From positions 16,595 through 80,594 of the forward strand of contig CANRNF010000003.1 of assembly GCA_947631865.1 (NCBI GenBank): a stretch of 64,000 nucleotides of DNA, in the 5' to 3' direction. A model generated the notes under the pieces. That model did no database searches. It was not told where the DNA came from and was given only the letters and a program-made list of their open reading frames with translations. Source of the DNA: an uncultured Oscillospiraceae bacterium (GTDB lineage Bacteria > Bacillota > Clostridia > Oscillospirales > Oscillospiraceae). Positions 14,259-23,782 of the stretch are shown piece by piece (position 1 is the stretch's first letter; the number at the start of each line of letters is the position of its first letter). Made by a program: the position numbers and the translations under genes.

Positions 14259-17222
14259 ATGATGAAAAGGAACATTTCCAAGGTACTGAGCGCGCTGCTG
14301 CTGGCGGCGCTGCTTGTCAGCGTATGTCCCTTGGCGGGACTGGCGGCGGAGCCCGCGCCCGCGGCTACGGCAGAGCCGGAGGCCACGGCGGGACCCGAGG
14401 CCACGGATGAGCCTGAGGAGACAGCGGAACCTGAGGCCACGGACGGACCCGAAGCTACGGATGAGCCGGAGGCCACGGATGAGCCCGAGGAGACGGCAGA
14501 ACCGGAGGTCACGGACGAACCCGAATCCACGGATGGACCCGAAGCTACAGATGAGCCCGAGGCCACGGATGAGCCCGAGGTCACAGACGAACCTGAAGCC
14601 ACGGATGAGCCGGAACCCGCCGCGGCCGGTGATCCCGCGGTGCGGATCACGGCGGGCGGCGAGAGCCGGGAGTATGCCTCCATCGACGAGGCGTGGGCGG
14701 CGGCCGTCCAGGCCGGAACGGCCACGGTGACCCTTCTGGCGGATGTGACGGCCCAGGATGTACTTACCGTCCCGGCGGGCGCCTCCATCACCCTTGCCGG
14801 CGGGGAAAACACGCTGACGACGGCCTGTATCCGTGTGGACGGCGGCGCGCTGACGGTGGCCAGCGGCACGGTCCAGGATGCGGGCGACGGCTCCACCGAC
14901 AAAATGGGCGCGATCAATATCCAGGCCGGCCGCCTCACGGTGAACGGCGGCACGATGCGCGGGCTCAATGCCGGCGTCTATTGCTATGGCGGTGAGACGA
15001 CCGTCAACGGCGGCGTGATCTGCGGTGAAAACGGCGGTCTCGCCGTCACGGACGCGGACAGCCTCACGGTGAACGGCGGCGACATCTCCGGCGGTTTCGC
15101 CGGCATCGCCACTACGGGCGATAACAGACCTACTATCAACGGCGGCAGCATCAGCGGCAAGGGCGGGAGCGGCGTGAGCATGGGCTTCGGGGTCATTGCC
15201 TATAGCGGCTTGGTGCTCACCGGCGGCGAGATCAGCGGCGGCGACGCCGGCGTCCTGAGCATGGGCGATACGACGGTCACGGGCGGCAGCGTCACCGGTA
15301 CGGATGGCTTCGGCCTGCTGATAGGGGAGGAGGGCTCGGCGTCTCTGTCCGGCGGCACATACGCCGGCGTGAGCGGCGCCGTGAGCTGCGGCGGCTCCGT
15401 GCTGGGCGAGGACTTCCAGTCGGACCTGACGGTGAATGACCTGCTGGCCGATGGGTACGGCTGGTACGGCGCGGACGGCGCGCGTCTGACCCCGGCGGCG
15501 GACGAGAAGGCCCTGGAAGGGCCTGTGACGGTGCGCCCCCTGCCCGTGACGCCGGTGCTGAAGGTGGCGGGGGAGAACGTGCTTTTGTCCTCCGACCCCA
15601 CGGATATCGATCATGAATATGACGCGCCTCTTACGGACGGGGCGCTGATCGAGGGCGGCGCGGGCCGCATCGTGGTCCCGGCGGAATATGTGGTACAGTT
15701 CCCCGGCGAGGGCGTGGAGGCCACCGAACGCTACAGGTACGACAACCGCTATGAGCCGGACACGCTCATCTACCACCGGTACACCTTTGAGATCACCGAC
15801 CCCACGCTGACGGAGGTCACCGTGACTGTGTCCCCCAACCCAGACCCGCCCATGTGGACGAAGGTCATCTCCCATACATACGCCGATTTCTCCTGGAGCG
15901 TGACCGACTGCGCCAACAATAGGCACACCTACAACCACGCCGACGACGAGAGCACGATCTACGCGGCGGAGGACGCGGGCGGCGTGACCCTGAACCTGAG
16001 CAAGACGGAGGGCGCGGAGCCCCTGATGAAGATAGGCACAGCGACAGACATCGGCGGCGGCAAGTATACCCTTTACAGCGAGAACGGCGTGATCGAGTTC
16101 ACGCTGGCGCCCGGCAGCATCCGGGTCAACGTCACCGGCGAGACGGAGGGGCTTATCCGGGCCTCCGAATACGTGATGGACAGATACGGCGAGAACTACT
16201 TCCGGGTATATGTCAAGCCGGGCTACACCGTGGTCCCTGCGGATGAGAATACCCAGGTGACCGCGGGCTATACCAGCGAGAACGACGACGGATCGGATCG
16301 CCTCCACTACCATGTGAACGCGGACGCGGCGGCGGAAAAGGGCCTTGACAGCGTCACGGTGCGCCTTGAGAAGATCACCTCTGCCACCCTCTCTGTCAAT
16401 GAGCCGGACGTTCTGCTGGCGGCGGACCCCAACGGCAGCGGCAAAAGCCCCATCCTCACCGACGGGGACGTCATCCCGCCGGAGGGCGGGTGGCTGCTCA
16501 CCAGGTCGGACTGGTGGTTCAGCGGCGACAACGACGAGTATGCCTATGATTGGCGGGACGCGGCCTACGGTGAGCCCGGCAGCGAGATATACGATTGGAC
16601 CTATATCTATCCCCTGAAAAACGGCGTGGTGAACGTCACGATGGAATCGGTCGACGAACCGGCCCATTGGGCGGAAGTGACCGTTGATAACCCCGGCCTC
16701 AGGGACCTTTACATGCACGCTTATACCGGCGGTCAGGGAGCGCAGTTCAATTCCGATACGTATCATGCGTCGATGATCGTGTCGTACTATTTGTATATCG
16801 AAAACACAGATGGCTCGCTCCGTAAAGCCGCCGATATCACCGATATGGTTGGTATCCAGAGTGTAGAGGAACACTCCGACTATCTCATGCTGTACGTGGA
16901 CCCGGCGGCGGAGAAGATATCCTTCACCGTGAAGGCTCCCGCGGGCACTATCACACCCATACCGGGACCCACGGCGACGGCTGCCCCGACCGCGACGGCA
17001 GCACCCACGGCGACGGTTGCGCCCACGGCGACGGCAGCGCCCACGGCGACGGCAGCACCCACCACGGCGCCCGCCGCCACGGCGGCGCCCACCACGGCCC
17101 CCGGGGCAACCAGCCCCGCGACGGGAGATGAGACGGCATTTATCCCCTGGCTGCTGGCGCTTCTCGGCTGCGGCGCCGCCCTCGCGGTGGTGACGGCCTG
17201 CCGGCGGCGGGAGAGAAGATAA
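14259..17222 (+). CDS. Cell-wall-anchored surface protein with acidic EPEATD repeats, parallel beta-helix-like Gly-rich repeats and a sortase-type sorting signal
   Basis: 987 aa with a signal peptide. It has periodic NGG-x-I-x-GG repeats. The C-terminus is SPATG + hydrophobic segment + RRRERR, as in (S/P)PxTG sorting signals. Confidence 0.7.
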   Translation: MMKRNISKVLSALLLAALLVSVCPLAGLAAEPAPAATAEPEATAGPEATDEPEETAEPEATDGPEATDEPEATDEPEETAEPEVTDEPESTDGPEATDEPEATDEPEVTDEPEATDEPEPAAAGDPAVRITAGGESREYASIDEAWAAAVQAGTATVTLLADVTAQDVLTVPAGASITLAGGENTLTTACIRVDGGALTVASGTVQDAGDGSTDKMGAINIQAGRLTVNGGTMRGLNAGVYCYGGETTVNGGVICGENGGLAVTDADSLTVNGGDISGGFAGIATTGDNRPTINGGSISGKGGSGVSMGFGVIAYSGLVLTGGEISGGDAGVLSMGDTTVTGGSVTGTDGFGLLIGEEGSASLSGGTYAGVSGAVSCGGSVLGEDFQSDLTVNDLLADGYGWYGADGARLTPAADEKALEGPVTVRPLPVTPVLKVAGENVLLSSDPTDIDHEYDAPLTDGALIEGGAGRIVVPAEYVVQFPGEGVEATERYRYDNRYEPDTLIYHRYTFEITDPTLTEVTVTVSPNPDPPMWTKVISHTYADFSWSVTDCANNRHTYNHADDESTIYAAEDAGGVTLNLSKTEGAEPLMKIGTATDIGGGKYTLYSENGVIEFTLAPGSIRVNVTGETEGLIRASEYVMDRYGENYFRVYVKPGYTVVPADENTQVTAGYTSENDDGSDRLHYHVNADAAAEKGLDSVTVRLEKITSATLSVNEPDVLLAADPNGSGKSPILTDGDVIPPEGGWLLTRSDWWFSGDNDEYAYDWRDAAYGEPGSEIYDWTYIYPLKNGVVNVTMESVDEPAHWAEVTVDNPGLRDLYMHAYTGGQGAQFNSDTYHASMIVSYYLYIENTDGSLRKAADITDMVGIQSVEEHSDYLMLYVDPAAEKISFTVKAPAGTITPIPGPTATAAPTATAAPTATVAPTATAAPTATAAPTTAPAATAAPTTAPGATSPATGDETAFIPWLLALLGCGAALAVVTACRRRERR
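14349..14618 (+). repeat. In-frame 18-nt tandem repeats encoding (E/G)PE(A/E/V/S)T(D/A) x ~15
   Basis: Direct reading of repeated gagcc[c/g]gaggccacggat units. Confidence 0.85.
16968..17100 (+). repeat. In-frame 18-nt tandem repeats encoding PTATAA linker
   Basis: cccacggcgacggc[a/t]gc[a/g/c] units repeated about 5 times, followed by PTTAP variants. Confidence 0.8.
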
Positions 17223-17248
17223 ACAGATGGTTGAAAAGGAGAAAAGAC

Positions 17249-17413
17249 ATGAACGATAAAGAGAACAAAAAGACCCCGGAGGAACTGACCGACGAGGCGG
17301 TGGACACCGTCGCGGGCGGCGCGCTCGGCCTCGTCACCCCGCAGACACTGACCCAGGAGGAGATCGACGCCCTGCTGGCGGGGCAGAAAGAGGACAGCCA
17401 GAAGAAGCGGTAA
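17249..17413 (+). CDS. A12: short-GG-leader precursor, Cys-free 30-aa core
   Basis: MNDKENKKTPEELTDEAVDTVAGG|ALGLVTPQTLTQEEIDALLAGQKEDSQKKR. It lies immediately upstream of the giant Sel1 gene. Confidence 0.72.
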   Translation: MNDKENKKTPEELTDEAVDTVAGGALGLVTPQTLTQEEIDALLAGQKEDSQKKR

Positions 17414-17462
17414 ACACATATCCCGCCCCATGCCGGGCGGACAGCGAAAGGGAGGTACATTT

Positions 17463-20400
17463 ATGAGCATCAAAAAGACGTTGGCGCTGCTTTTGGCGGC
17501 GGTCATGCTGCTGGCAGTGTGCGCGGGCTGCGGAAAGACGCCCGAGCAGATGGTGGACGAGGCGGCGAAGGCCCTGGCAGAGGGCGACGGCGAGAAGGCC
17601 GTGAAGCTGCTGACAAAGGCCGGGGACAAGGACTACGCTCCCGCCGACGCGGTGCTGGGCGGCCTGTATGTTACCGGCGAGGGCGTGGAACAGGACTACG
17701 CCAAGGCCATGGAGCTGTACCAGTCGGCCGCGGACGGCGGCGATGCCGCGGGTCTGACCGGCATGGGCGATCTGTACGCCAATGGCATGGGCGTGGAAGT
17801 GGACAAGGCGAAGGCCTTCGAACTGTACTCCCAAGCGGCGGAGCAGGGCGACATAGCCGGCCAGACGGCCGTGGGCCGGTTCTATGACTACGGCTACGAC
17901 GTGGTGGATGTGGATTATACCGAGGCGGCCCGGCTGTACGAGCTGAGCGCGGAGGCGGGCGACCCCATGGCCGCGCTGTCGCTGGCCTGGCTTTATGACC
18001 AGGGCCAGGGCATGGAAGAGGACCACGACAAGGCCGGGGAGTACTTTGCCCAGGCCCTGGCGGGCGTCACGGAGAGCGGCGGCCCGTACGAGGGCGAGCC
18101 CTATATCCTGGGCCAGCTCTACTTCGGCGGCTACAGCGTGGAGCAGGACTACGACAAGGCGCTTGAATACTTTACCACCGCGATGGAGCAGGGCTCCTTC
18201 GAGGCGGAGCGGATGCTGGCTATGATGTACGTGTACGGCTACGGCGTGGACGTGGACATGGATAAGGCCGTCGAGCTTCTCACCGACGCCGCGTCCCACG
18301 GGGTGTATGATACCGCTTACGTGCTGGGCATGAACTGCCTGGGCCTGGTGAACGAGACCGGCGAGGGGTTTGAGCCTGACTACGCCGAGGCGGTCAAGTG
18401 GCTGGAAATGGACGCGGCGCTGGACCATCCGGCGGCGGAAACCTGGCTGGGCGACATGTATATGTACGCCAACGGCGTGGAGATGGACAAGGCAAAGGCC
18501 CTGGAGTACTACACCCAGGCGGCGGAACAAGATGACGCCTATGGCCAGTACATGATGGGCAACATCTATGACGCCGGCTACGGCGTGGTGGACGTGGACG
18601 AGGCCACGGCCGTGGAGTGGTATGAAAAGGCCGCGGCGCAGAATGAGGCGGAGGCCATGTATCAACTGGCCGCTCATTACGAGGAAGGCCTGGGCGTGGA
18701 GAAGGACGAGGCCAAGGCCCAGGAGCTCTTTGACAGCCTTGCCGCCCAGCTCACCGCGAAAGACGAGAGCGAGCTGTACTCCGCCGAAAAGCGGGTCCTG
18801 GGCTATCTGTACGGGGAGGGCCAGGGCGTAGAGGAGGACGACGTCCGTGCCGCGGAGCTTATGACCGCCGCGGCGGAGAAGGGCGAGGCGCGGGCCATGT
18901 ACGACCTGGGCTGGCTGTATGAAGAAGGCGAGGGCGTGGAACAGGACTACGCCAAGGCCATGGAATGGTACGGCAAGGCGGCGGAGCACGGCGTGCGCAA
19001 GGCGATGTACTCTCTGGGCCTGATGTACCTCTACGGCGAAGGCGTGGAGGTGGACTACGATCAGGCGATGCAGTGGTTTGAAAAGTCAGCGGAGCAGGAG
19101 GACTCCTACGCGCTGTACGCCGTGGGCTGGATGTACGGTCAGGGCTACGGTGTGGAGAAGGACCCGGACAAGACCGTGGAGTACTATACCCAGGCGGCGG
19201 AGCTGGATAACCCCCAGGCGCTGGTGGCTTTGGGCCGCATGTACTACTCCGGCGATGATGTCGAACAGGACTATGACAAGGCCAGGGCGCTCTTTGAGCA
19301 GGGCGTAGAGCTGGACGATCCCTACAGCGAGGTGTATCTGGCCGATATGTACATGTACGGCGAAGGCGTGGAGGAGGATTATACCCAGGCGCGAGAGCTG
19401 TACGAGCAAATCCTGACCCATGAGGACGCCGATGACGACCTTATAGGCTACGCGGCGGAGAACGACGGCTGGTTCTATGAGTACGGCATGGGCGTGGAGA
19501 TGGATAAGGCCAAGGCCTTTGAACTTTACACCCAGTCCGCGGAGCTGGGCTATGTGGACGGCCAGACCTCTCTGGGCCGGTTCTACGACTATGGCTACGG
19601 CGTGGTGGACAGAGACTATGCCCAGGCCGCGGAGTGGTACCAGAAGGCCGCGGACCAGGGCGACGCCGAGGCGATGCTGTATCTGGCCTGGCTCTATGAG
19701 CAGGGCGATGGCGTTGAGCAGGACGAGGCCAAGGCCGAGGAACTCTATACCCAGGCCTTCGAGGCTGCCTCGGAGGACGAGGACTACAGCTACAACCAGC
19801 TGGTGCTGGGCTACCTTTATCTGGACGGCACCGGTGTGGAGCAGGACTATGCCAAGGCCCTGGAATACCTCACCGCGGCGGCGGAGGACGATATCTTCGA
19901 GGCCGGGAGTGAGCTGGGCATGATGTACCTCAATGGTCTCGGCACGGAAAAGGACGAGGCCAAGGGCCTGGAGCTGCTGGAAGACGCGGCGGCTCACGGC
20001 GTGCCTGTGGCATACAACTACCTGGGCCACGCCTATGCGGACGGCACCGGCGTGGAGCTTGACTATGAAAAGGCCCGGGAGCTCCTGGAACAGGGCGAGG
20101 CCCTGGGGGACCCCTACGTGTGCTACTATCTGGCCGACATGTACATGTACGGTCTGGGCGGAGATGAGGACTATGCCAAGGCGCGGGAGTACTATGAGCA
20201 GGTCCTGGCACTCCCCGAGCAGGACGACGACGATCTGGGCTACGCCGCGGAGAGCGACGGCTGGTTCTACGAGTACGGCATGGGCGTGGAGATGGATAAG
20301 GCAAAGGCCTTTGAGCTTTACACCCAGTCCGCGGAGCTGGGCTATGTGGACGGCCAGACCTCTCTGGGCCGGTTCTACGACTACGGCTACGGCGTAGTGG

Positions 20401-22781
20401 ATAAGGATTACGCCAAGGCCGCGGAGTGGTACCAGAAGGCCGCGGACCAGGGCAACGCCGAGGCGATGCTGTATCTGGCCTGGCTCTATGACCAGGGCGA
20501 GGGCGTTGAGCAGGATCAGGCCAAGGCCGAAGAGCTCTACGCTCAGGCTTTCGAGGCCGCCTCGGAGGATGAGGACTACAGCTACAACCAGCTGGTGCTG
20601 GGCTATCTCTATTATGACGGCGTCGGCGGCGTGGAGCAGGACTATGCCAAGGCCCTGGAATACTTCACCGCGGCGGCGGAGGACGATATCTTCGAGGCCG
20701 AGGATATGGCGGGCATGATGTACGTCATGGGTTTCGGCACGGAAAAGGACGAGGCCAAGGGTATAGAGATGCTGGAGGACGCGGCGGCCCATGGCGTGCC
20801 CGAGGCCTACGATTACCTGGGCCAGTTCTACGAACTGGGCTACGGCGTGGAGCAGGACAAGGCCAAGGCGAAGGAGTATTACGAGAAGGGCGCGGCCCTG
20901 GGCGATATATGGTCCCCGGTGGCCCTGGGTGACATGTATAACTACGCCGACGGGGTGGAGCTGGACAAGGCCAAGGCCTTTGAGTACTACGCCCAGGCCG
21001 CAGAGCTGGGCGAGCCGGACGCCGTTTACATGGTGGGCGAGTTCTATGACTGCGGCTACGGCGCGGTGGACATAGACGAGGCCAAGGCCGTGGAGCAGTA
21101 CGAAAAGGCGGCGGCGCTGGGCCAGCCGGACGCCATCTATTTTCTGGGCTGCCACTATCAGAACGGCGACGGCGTGGAAAAGGACGAGGCCAAGGCCCAG
21201 GAGCTCTTTGAAAGCCTGTACGCCCAGCTCACCGCGAAAGACGAGAGCGAGCTTTACTCCGACGAAAAGCGGGTCCTGGGCTATCTGTACGAGAATGGCC
21301 TGGGCGTGGAGGAGGATTACGCCAAAGCCGTGGCGCTCTTCCAGCAGGCCATAGACGAGGGGTCTTATAAGGCCCTGTACGATCTGGGCTGGTGCAGCGT
21401 CTACGGCATGGGCATGGATGAGGACAAGGCCGGGGCCGTGGAGCTCTTTGCTCAGGCGGCGGAACGCGGCGACTGCATGGCGATGGCCTCCCTGGGCGTC
21501 GCGTATATTAACGGCGACGGCGTGGAGCAGGACTACGACAAGGCTCTGGAGTGGCTTGAAAAGTCCGCGGAGCAGGACTATTACTATGCGTATTACCTCC
21601 TGGGCTGTATGTATGAATACGGCGACGGGGTGGACCAGGACTACGACAAGGCTCTGGAGTACTTCACCAAGTCGGCAGACCAGAATTACGCCGGCGCGCT
21701 GGCCATGCTGGGCTATAAGTATGACGCGGGCGAGGGCGTGGAGGCAGACAGCGCCAAGGCCGTGGAGTATTACACCAGGGGTATGGACTGGGGCGACGCC
21801 ATGTCCGCCCAAAATCTGGCGGTCATGTACGGCGCCGGCGACGGCGTGGAGGTAGACCTGGACAAGAGCTTCGAGCTTTATAACAAGGCCCTGGAGCTGA
21901 ACGGGGAGTACGACCTTGCCATGGAGGCCCTGGGAGAGTATTACATGACCGGCAAGGGCTCTGTGGAGGTGGACTACGCTCAGGCGATGGAGTGGTTTGA
22001 AAAGGCCGCCCAGTACGACAACGTGGAGGCCATCTACTACATAGGCGTCCTGTACGCCAACGGCCTGGGCGTGGAGACGGACGAGGCGAAGGCCCAGGAG
22101 TACTATAAAGACGTGGCCGCCATCCTCACCCAGAAGGAGGAAGAGGGCACGATGGACTCCGCCGACAAGCGCATCCTTGGCTTCCTCTACCGGGACGGCA
22201 AGGGCCTGGAACAGGACGAGGTCCGGGGCGCTGAGCTTCTGACCGCCGCCTCGGAGGAGGGCAACTTCCAGGCGACCTACTCCCTGGGCAACTGCTATCT
22301 GGACGGCCAGGGCGTGGAGCAGGATCCCGCCAAGGCGGTGGAGCTCCTTTCGCTGGCCGCGGCCCACGGCGAGACCGGCGCCGCCGGCAAGCTGGGATAC
22401 ATATACTTCTACGGCGAAGGCGTGGACCAGGACTATGAGGAAGCGTTCCGTTGGCTGCAGATGGGCGCGGATATGGGCGACGCCTACTGCCAGCTGCTCC
22501 TGGGGGGTATGTATGTCACCGGCATCGGCGTGGAACAGGACGGCGAAAAGGGCGTCGCCCTGCTGGAGGAGTCCGTGGACGAAAGGGCCGATGGCTGGTA
22601 TCTCCTGGGCGCGGTCTATGAGACCGGCGAGGGCGTGGAGCCGGATATGGATAAGGCCCTGGAATACTACGCCAAGGCCGCGGAGGCCGGGGACGCGGAC
22701 GCGGCCCAGCGGCTGGAGGAGCTGACGGCGGGACCGGAAACGGAGGAGCCCGCCGCCAGCGAGCCTCCCGCTGAGGATTAA
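17463..22781 (+). CDS. Giant Sel1-repeat (SLR/TPR-like) lipoprotein, ~1772 aa
   Basis: Lipobox LAVCAGCG. Dozens of ~36-aa units follow the pattern A..WY.KAAEQGd..A...LG.MY..G.GVEQDY.KA. ATG 17463 follows SD GGGAGG. Confidence 0.88.
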   Translation: MSIKKTLALLLAAVMLLAVCAGCGKTPEQMVDEAAKALAEGDGEKAVKLLTKAGDKDYAPADAVLGGLYVTGEGVEQDYAKAMELYQSAADGGDAAGLTGMGDLYANGMGVEVDKAKAFELYSQAAEQGDIAGQTAVGRFYDYGYDVVDVDYTEAARLYELSAEAGDPMAALSLAWLYDQGQGMEEDHDKAGEYFAQALAGVTESGGPYEGEPYILGQLYFGGYSVEQDYDKALEYFTTAMEQGSFEAERMLAMMYVYGYGVDVDMDKAVELLTDAASHGVYDTAYVLGMNCLGLVNETGEGFEPDYAEAVKWLEMDAALDHPAAETWLGDMYMYANGVEMDKAKALEYYTQAAEQDDAYGQYMMGNIYDAGYGVVDVDEATAVEWYEKAAAQNEAEAMYQLAAHYEEGLGVEKDEAKAQELFDSLAAQLTAKDESELYSAEKRVLGYLYGEGQGVEEDDVRAAELMTAAAEKGEARAMYDLGWLYEEGEGVEQDYAKAMEWYGKAAEHGVRKAMYSLGLMYLYGEGVEVDYDQAMQWFEKSAEQEDSYALYAVGWMYGQGYGVEKDPDKTVEYYTQAAELDNPQALVALGRMYYSGDDVEQDYDKARALFEQGVELDDPYSEVYLADMYMYGEGVEEDYTQARELYEQILTHEDADDDLIGYAAENDGWFYEYGMGVEMDKAKAFELYTQSAELGYVDGQTSLGRFYDYGYGVVDRDYAQAAEWYQKAADQGDAEAMLYLAWLYEQGDGVEQDEAKAEELYTQAFEAASEDEDYSYNQLVLGYLYLDGTGVEQDYAKALEYLTAAAEDDIFEAGSELGMMYLNGLGTEKDEAKGLELLEDAAAHGVPVAYNYLGHAYADGTGVELDYEKARELLEQGEALGDPYVCYYLADMYMYGLGGDEDYAKAREYYEQVLALPEQDDDDLGYAAESDGWFYEYGMGVEMDKAKAFELYTQSAELGYVDGQTSLGRFYDYGYGVVDKDYAKAAEWYQKAADQGNAEAMLYLAWLYDQGEGVEQDQAKAEELYAQAFEAASEDEDYSYNQLVLGYLYYDGVGGVEQDYAKALEYFTAAAEDDIFEAEDMAGMMYVMGFGTEKDEAKGIEMLEDAAAHGVPEAYDYLGQFYELGYGVEQDKAKAKEYYEKGAALGDIWSPVALGDMYNYADGVELDKAKAFEYYAQAAELGEPDAVYMVGEFYDCGYGAVDIDEAKAVEQYEKAAALGQPDAIYFLGCHYQNGDGVEKDEAKAQELFESLYAQLTAKDESELYSDEKRVLGYLYENGLGVEEDYAKAVALFQQAIDEGSYKALYDLGWCSVYGMGMDEDKAGAVELFAQAAERGDCMAMASLGVAYINGDGVEQDYDKALEWLEKSAEQDYYYAYYLLGCMYEYGDGVDQDYDKALEYFTKSADQNYAGALAMLGYKYDAGEGVEADSAKAVEYYTRGMDWGDAMSAQNLAVMYGAGDGVEVDLDKSFELYNKALELNGEYDLAMEALGEYYMTGKGSVEVDYAQAMEWFEKAAQYDNVEAIYYIGVLYANGLGVETDEAKAQEYYKDVAAILTQKEEEGTMDSADKRILGFLYRDGKGLEQDEVRGAELLTAASEEGNFQATYSLGNCYLDGQGVEQDPAKAVELLSLAAAHGETGAAGKLGYIYFYGEGVDQDYEEAFRWLQMGADMGDAYCQLLLGGMYVTGIGVEQDGEKGVALLEESVDERADGWYLLGAVYETGEGVEPDMDKALEYYAKAAEAGDADAAQRLEELTAGPETEEPAASEPPAED
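19446..21029 (+). repeat. Internal tandem duplication (2 x 792 bp, 264 aa) within the Sel1 gene
   Basis: GYAAE(N/S)DGWFYEYGMGVEMDKAKAFELYTQSAELGYVDGQTSLGRFYDYGYGVVD... recurs at 19446 and 20238 with near identity. Looser copies occur elsewhere in the gene. Confidence 0.8.
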
Positions 22782-22800
22782 CACTTATTTCCGGGGCCGC

Positions 22801-22837
22801 CGGCCCTTTGGGCTTTCTGAAACGTATAAAGAGACAG
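22801..22837 (+). promoter_or_regulatory. Conserved bipartite promoter-like element P2
   Basis: CGGCCCTTT-N13-CGTATAAAGAGACAG, 37 nt upstream of the A13 ATG. Confidence 0.55.
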
Positions 22838-22859
22838 AAGACCGGAAAGGAGAACCGCT

Positions 22860-23120
22860 ATGAATAGCAGCAAAAACGAAAAGAATTTTGAAGAGCTGTC
22901 CGACGAAGCCCTTGACAAGGTGGCCGGAGGCTGGGACGAGGACGAGGTATTGGAGGCTGGGCCATGGGTAGCGAAGGCTCCCCTGACCGATGATGAAAGA
23001 TACGGCGATCACGAGTGCGGCAACTGCCACAGAAGGCATATCAACGCCTCGAACGGCATGTTGAGAGACGACAACGTATGGTTTTGCAACGGCTGCTGGT
23101 ACACGATCAGCGGTTGGTAA
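22860..23120 (+). CDS. A13: short-GG-leader precursor, zinc-ribbon-like core (class i)
   Basis: Leader MNSSKNEKNFEELSDEALDKVAGG; core has ECGNC...FCNGC. Confidence 0.8.
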   Translation: MNSSKNEKNFEELSDEALDKVAGGWDEDEVLEAGPWVAKAPLTDDERYGDHECGNCHRRHINASNGMLRDDNVWFCNGCWYTISGW

Positions 23121-23138
23121 AGATGAAGGGAGGCAGAG

Positions 23139-23405
23139 ATGATAGACAACAAGGACAAAAGGGAGCTGTCCGACGAGGCCATGGATGAGGTGGTGGGCGG
23201 TTCGATCCGACTCCCCACTTCTGTGACGGCCGCTTATTTGAGCGATCCGTCTCAACCGCATACCGTGTGCGACAGATGCCACGGTACATTTGCCGCGGGC
23301 GTGGTCACAGAGCACGCGGTGAGCTCCGGCTATCTTTGGCTCTGCCCGGCTTGCGTCCAGGCTTACAAGGACGCCGGTCTGTACTTTCACAAAGCCGATA
23401 TATAA
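23139..23405 (+). CDS. A14: short-GG-leader precursor, zinc-ribbon-like core (class i)
   Basis: Leader MIDNKDKRELSDEAMDEVVGG; core has VCDRC...LCPAC. Confidence 0.78.
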   Translation: MIDNKDKRELSDEAMDEVVGGSIRLPTSVTAAYLSDPSQPHTVCDRCHGTFAAGVVTEHAVSSGYLWLCPACVQAYKDAGLYFHKADI

Positions 23406-23433
23406 GAAGGAGCAGCGGTAAAAGGAGAAGGCT

Positions 23434-23700
23434 ATGAACGACAACGAGAACAGGAAGAGCATGGAAGAGCTGGCCGACGAGGCGCTGGACGCCGTGTCCG
23501 GGGGAGCGGTATCAAAAGAGACTCTAGATGAGGAGAAATGGTATTGCTTTTTTCAGGGATTTCAGTCGCTGAATAATTGCTGCAATTGTCAGTCAGACTG
23601 GGATTTCACCTGTCAGCTCTTCGATATGGATCCAGAGGCGAGATACAATATGTTCGGCGGGAACCAGTTCGCGAAGTGCCCGTATTTCAGGAGCATGTAA
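23434..23700 (+). CDS. A15: short-GG-leader precursor, class ii Cys core
   Basis: Leader MNDNENRKSMEELADEALDAVSGG; core has NNCCNC...TC...AKCPYFRSM. Confidence 0.8.
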   Translation: MNDNENRKSMEELADEALDAVSGGAVSKETLDEEKWYCFFQGFQSLNNCCNCQSDWDFTCQLFDMDPEARYNMFGGNQFAKCPYFRSM

Positions 23701-23723
23701 GGCCTGGACCAAAGGGGGGGCCT

Positions 23724-23756
23724 GTGAACGACAGCGGGAACAAAAGAGCAGCGTAG
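23724..23756 (+). pseudogene. Truncated leader remnant (VNDSGNKRAA-stop)
   Basis: gtgaacgacagcgggaacaaaaga matches the 5' end of A19 (atgaacgacagcggaaacaaaagg) but stops after 10 codons. Confidence 0.5.
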
Positions 23757-23782
23757 AAACAAATCAAAAAGGAGCAGACACC

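Noticed and set aside
13848-16874. 1008-aa (and nested 275-aa) ORFs antisense to the surface-protein gene
   Set aside because: This is the mirror image of the Gly/Ala/Thr/Pro-rich coding strand. The plus-strand product has a signal peptide, coherent repeats and a sorting signal, and the antisense ORF has none.
17334-22784. 551-aa and 1232-aa ORFs antisense to the giant Sel1 gene, plus many short same-strand out-of-frame ORFs
   Set aside because: The Sel1 frame shows dozens of canonical repeats. The alternatives are repetitive His/Arg/Gly/Leu-rich artefacts of the repeat DNA.
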